From NCBI RefSeq assembly GCF_963967315.1, contig NZ_OZ017288.1, forward strand, positions 30,001-62,000: DNA of 32,000 bases, given 5' to 3'. Positions 15,038 to 22,072 of the stretch are shown piece after piece (position 1 is the first letter of the stretch; every line of letters begins with the position of its first letter). The notes beneath the pieces were generated by a model that was given only the letters and a program-made list of their open reading frames with translations, did no database searches and was not told the origin of the DNA. The position numbers and the translations under genes are program-made. The DNA comes from Candidatus Minimicrobia sp. QA0096. Its GTDB lineage: Bacteria; Patescibacteriota; Saccharimonadia; Saccharimonadales; Saccharimonadaceae.

Positions 15038-18000
15038 TTATAGCCACCTGTAGTTATCGCCTAGTATAGAGATGTCGTAGCGCTCGATGAGATTTGCGGA
15101 GCGTGGTGAGATGCGACGGCGGTTTGTTCCTTCTTTGCTTGGAGAACTGGCGTTTATGACGGTTATTCGCCCACTATCAATGTCATAGGCTGTGTAGTAA
15201 CCCTCCTCGATATTATTACCGAAATAACACCTTACATAATCATTCGGATATAACGAGCAAACTTTAGTGAATGTCTCATCTACATCAGTAAATCCTTTTG
15301 GCACTGGCAGTATTTTTGTTGGTGCGGGCTTATTTTTTCCAACTTGGTGGGCGTAAACTGGCGCGAAGAAGTGTTCAATCTTGCCTTTCTTGTTCGGCTT
15401 TTGATATACATCAAGTCGCACCATAGATCCGTTGTTAACAAATGCCTTATCGTCGTTGATATAAAATCCGCTTGGTTGTGTCGAATATACTTTGATAGTT
15501 GAGACTGGAGACAGCTTATTGCCGTTTTTATCAGTCTTCTTGTCGTTTTTATATATGGGTTCAGCGAACGCTTTTTCGGGATTGTCATCGCAAGCGTCCA
15601 GTCTTTCAAGTAATTTTTTATATAGCCATTTATCTGATTCTTTAAGCGTGGAATTTTCGACATCCTTGCGTTTAACTTTTTTGAGCGGCACTCTTACGGT
15701 TCGTTGATCGCCGTCTTTAACTTTTGGTGAGCGAATTGTTTCTTTATGTGCCGAACCAGTCGCTTTACGGCGTGGCATACGTGAGACAAAAATTGGTTTT
15801 ACGCTCAATCGAAACTCTTCGTCGTAGTTATCAAGACCTCGCAACTCATTTTGCAGAGTCTTGATATCGACATTAAGGGTTCGCTTCATAACTTCTTTGC
15901 CGAAGTCATCCCACGGCTGAGGAAAATGTTTCGAAGATAGCACAAGCATTGCATTTTTACGACGCTGAGCTTTATTAAACTCATCTTCATCGATGATTTC
16001 TCCAGTGAGTTTATCAGTTTTTTCTTCCATCGTTTTGGCAGCTGCAAGCAGTTCTTTGATTTCGTGGCGCTTGGCGTGCAAGTTAGCTTGCATTATAATC
16101 TTTTGGTCAATTGCCGCTACAACTGCTGCATCTTTGGCGTGATGTAGAACGTCCTCGCTACGATCTTTAGCCAGACCCCAACGCTTGCGTAGATATGCTG
16201 TCGTTGTTCCGCTTGGTGCAATTACGCGCTGTTTTTCTTCACCTTCTGCAAAGTCAACATTTTGGCGTAAATAATTCTGAATAAATCGTGTGATGTATCT
16301 AGTATCGTTTAAGGCACGCACATTCCAGCTGTCGTTCTTATAATCCTGCAGAAGCAGATTTTGCTTCTTCTTCATTGCGTAGCCGTTATATTTGTAATTG
16401 ATGGCATTTGTGGCCTTATCGTCCGTTTTAATATCGCGTGTCTTATATATCGACTCTACTCTGGCGACAAACTCCTTCCAGCGGTTTTCATCTGCGCCAA
16501 AATATTCAAATGGAGTTTTATTGCTCTTTTTCTGGTTTTCTTCTGTTAGTACTAGCACTTTATTAGTTATCCCGTCATTATTAGAGCGTGAAAATGGTAC
16601 GATGTGGTCTATCTGATATGCATTGTCGTCTTGTAACATCGTGTCGAAATCGATTGGTTTTCCAGAATATGGACAAATACCGTTTTGCTCACGATAGAGC
16701 TTAACCTTAATAATTTGCTGACCGTTAAAATCGGCGTTTTTATTCAGTGGTACGCTAAGTTCTTTTAGGTGGCTGAGAAGTTGCTTGCCGCCCTTGGTTT
16801 TTGGCGATGCTTCATATCCATCAGCGATTATAGATTTAATGTCTTCGTTATATCCTTGATTCTCTTCATTTTCTTTTTTAATTGCGTTGCGTTCTTTGAA
16901 ATTTTTTGCCAAGTCACGAGCAGTTTCAACTTTAATAAAGTAAGGTTTACCGTATTTGCGTTCAATGGCGCGAACGACCTTCAGTGTTTGCGATATGGCA
17001 CGTTTTACGACGGGATTGGTGATTTGCTCTAGACTAGCTGATTGTTTCTTGAAGTCATAACCAGCGGCCTCACAGGCTTTATCGTAAGTCATACCATTAA
17101 GAATATGCGGTGTGATTTTTTGCAAAGCTTTTATCGACAGATGGCAGAATGACCCAAAATTAGTAGCTTTAATTTTGATAATTGCGTTTCTGGCGTCATC
17201 AGAAATTGGCAATGCATTTAATTCGGCTTTAATTCCTTCGTCAGATTTTTGTGTAGTGAGAATATAAGCGATTTGATTGATCGTTGATTCGTTGTCAATT
17301 TTCGCCCAATCTTCTGGTAGATTTTTTAGTGCTGTTTTAATATCATAGTAGGCTTTTAAACCGCCGAATGTATTTCCCTCTCCGAATTCATCGCCGTCCT
17401 TTTTCTTTCCGTGCGTATATTTTGGAACGTAATCTTCACTAATTCCCGCAATGCTACGCACTTTTTTATACGTTAGGCTTTTTTGGTTTCTGGCGGCTTC
17501 GATAACTTTATTTATCTGCTCTGAAGATAATCTTATCTCTAGATTTTCTCGCTTTGCCTGGCGCTTGCTGGCGTCGCGAGGTATGAATACCAGATGTGAT
17601 AAGTCGCTTGCCAAGCGAAAAATTTCGAAGCTGTAGCTAGCTCTTGGTGCTCGTTTTTCATTTTCTTCAAAAGTACAGTTCCCGACCATTTTTTTAATCA
17701 GCTCTTCAGTCATAAATGGGCGCTGGTACATAATTGCTGATATATTTACGACATTTTTGTCATCGTCCAAGCCGTAAAGCATTTCATTGATCGCTGTATC
17801 GGAAACGTTTTTTAAGGCATATCTTTTCTGGACCTCAATGATCTTTTCTAATTCGTGCAAAAAATCACCACGAGAAAAACTATTAGTGTAATCGTCACGC
17901 TTATTGCGTTTATGTGACGCAAAGTTTTCATCGCGACTCAGAGCTTCGCCGACGGTTTTATATTCATTCTCGGCGAGGAACTTTTCATTAGTTTTCAAGG

Positions 18001-18475
18001 CTTTTGATATGCGACCGCCTTCTTTTTCCGACTCTTCCTCAACTTTACGATTCGACTTAAATCCACGTCGTTTGGCGATTTGGTACATGACCTTGAGCAG
18101 CTCTTCTGGGGATAATTCCTCGGTGAGCGCTTTTGAACGCAGAGCATATACGTCTAATTTGTTAAATTCGGATTTGTCACTTAAGACTTCTTCGATTCGA
18201 TCTCTGGTGAGAATATTTTGGTCAATAAAGAATTGCTTCAAATTATTCAAACGTTGACGTCGCCGTTTTAAGCGACGGCGAGCTGACCGTGCGTCGCGGC
18301 GAGGTTTGGCAAGCGAATCTCCGTTTTGTGGATCTTCTGGTTTTTCAAAAATGCGCACCCCTAAATCATGGATGCGCTCTTTATCTAAGTCTAATACTGC
18401 CCAGCCGATTGAAGATGTCCCAATGTCTAGACCTAGTGAATATTTTTTTGGTGAATATGAATATTTTTGAGTCAT
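15038..18475 (-). CDS. cas9: CRISPR-associated endonuclease Cas9 (1145 aa, type II-C by locus content)
   Basis: RuvC-I YSLGLDIGTSSIGWAVL, Arg-rich bridge helix PRRDARSARRRLKRRRQRL, RuvC-II IKVETARDL, HNH YQIDHIVPFSRSNNDGITNKVLV and RuvC-III HHAKDAAVVAA. SD AAGGA precedes the ATG. There is no csn2 or cas4 in the locus. Confidence 0.97.
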   Translation of the reverse strand: MTQKYSYSPKKYSLGLDIGTSSIGWAVLDLDKERIHDLGVRIFEKPEDPQNGDSLAKPRRDARSARRRLKRRRQRLNNLKQFFIDQNILTRDRIEEVLSDKSEFNKLDVYALRSKALTEELSPEELLKVMYQIAKRRGFKSNRKVEEESEKEGGRISKALKTNEKFLAENEYKTVGEALSRDENFASHKRNKRDDYTNSFSRGDFLHELEKIIEVQKRYALKNVSDTAINEMLYGLDDDKNVVNISAIMYQRPFMTEELIKKMVGNCTFEENEKRAPRASYSFEIFRLASDLSHLVFIPRDASKRQAKRENLEIRLSSEQINKVIEAARNQKSLTYKKVRSIAGISEDYVPKYTHGKKKDGDEFGEGNTFGGLKAYYDIKTALKNLPEDWAKIDNESTINQIAYILTTQKSDEGIKAELNALPISDDARNAIIKIKATNFGSFCHLSIKALQKITPHILNGMTYDKACEAAGYDFKKQSASLEQITNPVVKRAISQTLKVVRAIERKYGKPYFIKVETARDLAKNFKERNAIKKENEENQGYNEDIKSIIADGYEASPKTKGGKQLLSHLKELSVPLNKNADFNGQQIIKVKLYREQNGICPYSGKPIDFDTMLQDDNAYQIDHIVPFSRSNNDGITNKVLVLTEENQKKSNKTPFEYFGADENRWKEFVARVESIYKTRDIKTDDKATNAINYKYNGYAMKKKQNLLLQDYKNDSWNVRALNDTRYITRFIQNYLRQNVDFAEGEEKQRVIAPSGTTTAYLRKRWGLAKDRSEDVLHHAKDAAVVAAIDQKIIMQANLHAKRHEIKELLAAAKTMEEKTDKLTGEIIDEDEFNKAQRRKNAMLVLSSKHFPQPWDDFGKEVMKRTLNVDIKTLQNELRGLDNYDEEFRLSVKPIFVSRMPRRKATGSAHKETIRSPKVKDGDQRTVRVPLKKVKRKDVENSTLKESDKWLYKKLLERLDACDDNPEKAFAEPIYKNDKKTDKNGNKLSPVSTIKVYSTQPSGFYINDDKAFVNNGSMVRLDVYQKPNKKGKIEHFFAPVYAHQVGKNKPAPTKILPVPKGFTDVDETFTKVCSLYPNDYVRCYFGNNIEEGYYTAYDIDSGRITVINASSPSKEGTNRRRISPRSANLIERYDISILGDNYRWL

Positions 18476-18554
18476 GATGGTCCTTTTTGTGAGATAATTT
18501 AATGCAATTATACAACCAAAATAGAATATTTGAAAGCGTAAATACTTTACTCAT

Positions 18555-18674
18555 AAAAAAGATAATCCGCTCAACGAGTGAACGGATTAGAGCTTTGCTT
18601 TAGTATTTCTACTAAATTATTATAGAAACCTAAAACAACTTAGATATTGATACAATCCTTACTTAAGGGACTGT
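18555..18674 (-). ncRNA. tracrRNA (predicted)
   Basis: + strand 18619-18656 resembles the full repeat in the same orientation, so the minus-strand RNA is an anti-repeat. It is followed by hairpin UUUAGUA-GAAA-UACUAAA (18599-18616), terminator stem UAAUCCG/CGGAUUA (18563-18589) and U6 (18555-18560). The candidate promoter is TTGCGC (18704-18709), 17 nt, TACACT (18681-18686) on the minus strand. The 5' end is approximate. Confidence 0.8.
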
Positions 18675-18801
18675 AACTACAGTGTACTCCAATCAATGCT
18701 ATCGCGCAAGTATTATTTTGGTCATATTCTGCCAACTGAGCGGCACTAGCACGGTTACCACCGCCGTCGACATTCTGGGATTCTTGTGCTATATTACGAG
18801 C

Positions 18802-18870
18802 AGAATCCCCTAGATGGTGTAACTCAGTTGATGGGCTCGTCCCTGCTGGCTCCATGGGGGATTTTCTTGT
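18802..18870 (+). ncRNA. Candidate small RNA, unit 1 of a tandem family
   Basis: Promoter TCGACA (18767-18772), 17 nt, TGc-TATATT (18787-18795). The predicted 5' end AGAAUCCCC pairs with GGGGAUUUU (18857-18865), which is followed by CUUGUUG. The result is a panhandle RNA of about 68 nt with no credible ORF. Confidence 0.45.
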
Positions 18871-18927
18871 TGTGGTGTGATCATTCTCATCATTGGTATT
18901 CTGGACTTCTTGTGCTATATTGGCACC

Positions 18928-19060
18928 ATCAGGGCTTCGACCGGCGGAAACTGGCGCGCCGCCGACATAGCTATCGCTATTGGTGGATGATGGAACAACA
19001 TTTGCGCCCCCATCCGAAGCTCTCGAAATCTCTTCTCGTTGTTGGGAGAGATTTTTTATT
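18928..19060 (+). ncRNA. Candidate small RNA, unit 2
   Basis: Promoter TTGGTA (18893-18898), 17 nt, TGc-TATATT (18913-18921). Terminator AATCTCTTC (19027-19035) / GGAGAGATT (19045-19053) is followed by a T-run extending to 19057. Confidence 0.4.
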
Positions 19061-19109
19061 TCTCCTTCTTATCATTGACATTCTGGGCTTCTTATACTAT
19101 ACTTCCATT

Positions 19110-19181
19110 AGAAAAGTCGTCCAGTCCCCGTTCGGCTTGTCCACGGGGCGCACCATTAAGGTCACCTGGGCGGCTTTTTTT
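19110..19181 (+). ncRNA. Candidate small RNA, unit 3
   Basis: Promoter TTGACA (19075-19080), 17 nt, TATACT (19098-19103). Closing stem GUCGUCCAG (19116-19124) / CUGGGCGGC (19166-19174) includes two G:U pairs and is followed by T7. The inner hairpin is CCCCG (19126-19130) / CGGGG (19144-19148). Confidence 0.45.
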
Positions 19182-19295
19182 CTTGGCTTCGCACATTACC
19201 TTCATAAAGAGTATCTCGCCCTGTTGTCTGTCTTCTAAGAAATTTACAGGCTATTAATCATTGATATCTTGAGGATTGTTTGCTATAGTGGAGTT

Positions 19296-19391
19296 ATTAA
19301 TATCCCCTCCCTTTAAGAGGTTCATCCTCTGAGGGGATGCTTCCAGAAGAATCCCCACTTAAATCCCGGTAATGGGATTCGGGGATTTTTT
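19296..19391 (+). ncRNA. Candidate small RNA, unit 4
   Basis: Promoter TTGATA (19261-19266), 17 nt, TGc-TATAGT (19281-19289). There are two nested hairpins: ATCCCCTC...GAGGGGAT, and AATCCCC..AATCCC-GGTAAT-GGGATT..GGGGATT, followed by T6 (19386-19391). Confidence 0.45.
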
Positions 19392-19403
19392 CTGTATTAT
19401 TTG

Positions 19404-19439
19404 GTTATAATGCCCCAACAATCTAAATACCGATATTCC
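19404..19439 (+). repeat. Solitary diverged CRISPR repeat (26/36 identical to the array repeat, same orientation)
   Basis: GTTATAATGCCCCAACAATCTAAATACCGATATTCC aligns without gaps to GTTATAGTTCCCTAACAATTTAGATATTGATATAAT. It lies 5.6 kb from the array, on the far side of cas9 and the tracrRNA, and has lost the 3' TATAAT box. Confidence 0.75.
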
Positions 19440-19480
19440 CTAAGAGCCACGTTTCACCTTTACTCCCGACGCTCCAGAGG

Positions 19481-19489
19481 TGATATAAT
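19481..19489 (+). promoter_or_regulatory. Extended -10 box TGATATAAT, 9 nt upstream of the speH ATG
   Basis: TGATATAAT at 19481-19489 and a second TATAAT at 19493-19498 abutting ATG 19499. There is no SD, so the transcript is predicted to be leaderless or nearly so. Confidence 0.45.
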
Positions 19490-19498
19490 TACTATAAT

Positions 19499-19843
19499 AT
19501 GCATGCCGCGGTCCAATCTATAACCATAAAAGTGAGCGAAGTTGATTCTGCTTTGCTTAATGACGCGGATGAGCTGCAGAAAATGTTAAGAAATGTTACG
19601 GAATTGGCTGGCTTACATCATCTGGAATCGGTGATGCATCAATTTTCTCCGCAAGGAATCAGCGCCGCCCTGCTTTTGTCGGAGTCGCACATCGCGATTC
19701 ATACGTGGCCAGAAAGCGGCGTGGCGTATATAGCGATGACAACTTGTAAAATGCTGGATGATGATAAATTGCAACAAATAAAAGAGTTGGTCGCACGTAT
19801 GTTGGATGCGAAAAACATAAGTATGGAAGAAATGGCATTGTAA
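19499..19843 (+). CDS. speH: S-adenosylmethionine decarboxylase proenzyme (small pyruvoyl-dependent class 1 type)
   Basis: Self-processing and active-site signature LLLSESHIAIHTWPE followed by AYIAMTTC. The size of 114 aa is typical. Confidence 0.9.
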   Translation: MHAAVQSITIKVSEVDSALLNDADELQKMLRNVTELAGLHHLESVMHQFSPQGISAALLLSESHIAIHTWPESGVAYIAMTTCKMLDDDKLQQIKELVARMLDAKNISMEEMAL

Positions 19844-19844
19844 T

Positions 19845-20531
19845 ATGAAACGAACCAAGGCGCGACTTAAAATCAACCAAATATTGACTGGAAAGAAAAC
19901 TAATTTACGAGTTGTTGGCTGTTTGCTTTTTCGCGAATGGGATAAGAAAGATAAGCGATTTTACTACTGGGAAGAGTGGGAGATTACTGGGCTGGCTGAT
20001 TATGATAGCTGGGTGGAATATGATCACAGCGATCAAACCGTTTCTCTGTATGAGCCAATTCGTTTCACTCAGACAATTGATCCAACGCAATTGAAAAAGG
20101 GTCAATCATTCACCGTTTCCGAGCAGGATGGCAAGGATCACGTTGTGGTGGTTGACGAGGTTGGAATTGGTGAAATTATGAACATCAAGGGCAAAAACAC
20201 GTATCAAGTTTTCCCGAAAGAACTGATGGCGTACGCTACTTTGAGGGATACTGGCGCGCCAAAAAACCGTCAGTTGATCACGATTGAGAAGTATAACAAT
20301 CGCGAATATGATGCCTATCGCAAGGTTCAATTGAGCGACAAAGAACAGAAGGAAATGTTCGGCAGGACCATTAAGCCGATTGACTGGACGACGATTATAG
20401 TCATTACCATATTTATCGCCATTATTTTGTTTGCGTTCATCTTTGACAACAATTCCGACAGTAGCAAAGGCGGAGGTCACGGCGGATCGCGCAGTGTTTA
20501 CGGCGGCAGTAGCGGCGGGCTTGGCAAATAA
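19845..20531 (+). CDS. DUF4178-like protein with C-terminal TM helix and Gly/Ser-rich tail
   Basis: The W-x-E-W/Y core (FYYWEEWEITGLADYDSWVEYDH) resembles DUF4178 as I remember it. It has a C-terminal TM (IDWTTIIVITIFIAIILFAFIF) and tail GGGHGGSRSVYGGSSGGLGK. The ATG is 2 nt after the speH stop. The family assignment is tentative. Confidence 0.6.
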   Translation: MKRTKARLKINQILTGKKTNLRVVGCLLFREWDKKDKRFYYWEEWEITGLADYDSWVEYDHSDQTVSLYEPIRFTQTIDPTQLKKGQSFTVSEQDGKDHVVVVDEVGIGEIMNIKGKNTYQVFPKELMAYATLRDTGAPKNRQLITIEKYNNREYDAYRKVQLSDKEQKEMFGRTIKPIDWTTIIVITIFIAIILFAFIFDNNSDSSKGGGHGGSRSVYGGSSGGLGK

Positions 20532-20542
20532 AAGGAGTTATA

Positions 20543-22069
20543 ATGTCACGATCAAGTACGAAAAAACGGGAGCAAGTTGCTTTATTTGCGGCGGCAATTT
20601 TAGTAGCAATTGGCGGAATTATTTACGAGCTGATTTTAGGCGCAGCTGCGTCATATCTGGTGGGCGATTCGATTTTGAGTTTTAGTCTGGCAACTGGCGT
20701 GACGTTGTTCGGTATGGGAATTGGCTCATTGCTGGTCAATTACATCAAGCTTCATCCAGCGACCAGCTTCGCAACGAACGAAATTATTCTGGGGCTAATT
20801 GGTGGAAATTCGGTGATGCTGATGTATTTGGGATTCGTTTTTACGCGTTCGCATTGGCTAATTTTTGCTATCATAAGTCTGGCAATTGGTATTTGTATCG
20901 GGCTGGAAATTCCGCTTTTAATGAAGATGTTTCAGGAGTTCGGGCGCAAGTCTTCGGTGAAATTGTTTAGTAAGATTTTAGCGCTTGATTATTTTGGGGC
21001 ATTAATTGCGTCGCTATTATTCCCGCTCGTTATGCTTCCGTATCTTGGTTTAATGCGTAGCGCGTATCTGGTGGCGGCACTGAATATTGGCGTTGCGGTT
21101 CTGATTCTTAAGCAAATGAAGGCTTCGAAAATTATTATGACAATTAGCGTTATTGCAACAATGTTGCTTTTGGGGTTTTTCATTTTTGCGACAGAAATTG
21201 AACATGGAATTGACAAGCGAACATATAAGGATCCGGTGATGTGGCAGCAGCAGACGCCTTATCAGAAAATTGTGCTGACGAGATATAAAAATGACACCAG
21301 GCTGTTTTTGAATCGTAATTTGCAGTTCTCTAGTCTTGACGAGGCGCGTTATCACGAAACGCTATCTGCTTCTGCCTTATCTTCGGTTGCTAATCCGAAG
21401 CGCGTGCTGATTATGGGCGGCGGCGATGGTTTGCTGGCTCGGGACGTTTTGAAATATCCCAGCGTTGAGCATATTACGTTGGTTGATATCGATGAGGTGA
21501 TGACCAATCTGGCGAAAACTAATCATCTTCTCACCGATATAAATCAGCGCTCGTTGCATGATCCGCGCGTTTCCATTGTCAATCAAGACGCTTTCCAATT
21601 CGCCTTCTCTACCTCAGATAAATATGATGTTGTGTTGATTGATTTGGTGGATCCGTCGAATGAAAAATTAGCCAAGTTGTATTCCGAGCAATTATATCGT
21701 CAAATTGGTAATATTTTAACGGAGCGTGGCGTTATGGTGACGCAAGCGACGTCTTCATTTTTCTCTCCACATGCTTTTTATATGGTGGCAAACACCGTCA
21801 AATCATCTCATCCAGAGCGATATGTGACGGCGTTTTCTGTCAATGTGCCGTCATTTGGCGAGTGGGGTTTTGTGTTGTCTGCGCCGCAAGCCGAGGTCGT
21901 GGCTAGCCAGCCATTGCCGAAAAACCTACGATATCAAAACCAGAAATTGCTCACCTTCCTGACTAAACAAAACGCCGTATCGGTGCCGTCTGGACCGACT
22001 TCTACGTTGGTTTCTCCGCGAATCACCGACGTTTACAATTCCGATATGCGTCAGTGGCGATACGAATAG
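20543..22069 (+). CDS. speE: Membrane-fused spermidine-synthase-like polyamine aminopropyltransferase
   Basis: The N-terminal ~210 aa are polytopic (7-8 TM). The C-terminal SpeE domain carries VLIMGGGDGLLARDVLKYP, ITLVDIDE and VVLIDLVDPS. SD AAGGAG precedes the ATG. Confidence 0.85.
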   Translation: MSRSSTKKREQVALFAAAILVAIGGIIYELILGAAASYLVGDSILSFSLATGVTLFGMGIGSLLVNYIKLHPATSFATNEIILGLIGGNSVMLMYLGFVFTRSHWLIFAIISLAIGICIGLEIPLLMKMFQEFGRKSSVKLFSKILALDYFGALIASLLFPLVMLPYLGLMRSAYLVAALNIGVAVLILKQMKASKIIMTISVIATMLLLGFFIFATEIEHGIDKRTYKDPVMWQQQTPYQKIVLTRYKNDTRLFLNRNLQFSSLDEARYHETLSASALSSVANPKRVLIMGGGDGLLARDVLKYPSVEHITLVDIDEVMTNLAKTNHLLTDINQRSLHDPRVSIVNQDAFQFAFSTSDKYDVVLIDLVDPSNEKLAKLYSEQLYRQIGNILTERGVMVTQATSSFFSPHAFYMVANTVKSSHPERYVTAFSVNVPSFGEWGFVLSAPQAEVVASQPLPKNLRYQNQKLLTFLTKQNAVSVPSGPTSTLVSPRITDVYNSDMRQWRYE

Positions 22070-22072
22070 TTT

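Noticed and set aside
15280-18477. Many 60-127-aa ORFs inside or antisense to cas9. Similar nested ORFs occur in ftsI, ftsW, topA, the ATPase gene, speE and dprA.
   Set aside because: All are embedded in long ORFs with unambiguous family motifs. They have low-complexity or odd compositions and no independent start signals.
18802-18870. The ~70-nt panhandle RNAs (units 1 and 3) might be tRNA-like genes.
   Set aside because: Neither strand has a T-loop (GTTCRANNC) or D-loop signature, or a cloverleaf with correct stem lengths.
18640-19257. ORFs 18786-19238 (+, 150 aa), 19039-19257 (+, 72 aa) and 18640-18855 (-, 71 aa) in the cas9-speH intergenic region.
   Set aside because: The 150-aa frame runs straight through three promoter-like repeats and three hairpin/T-run terminators, where the T-runs become Phe/Leu. 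It is Trp/His-rich and has no SD. The minus-strand frame that gives NIAQE(S/V)QN in units 1 and 2 hits a stop in unit 3. Conservation follows promoter geometry, not a reading frame.
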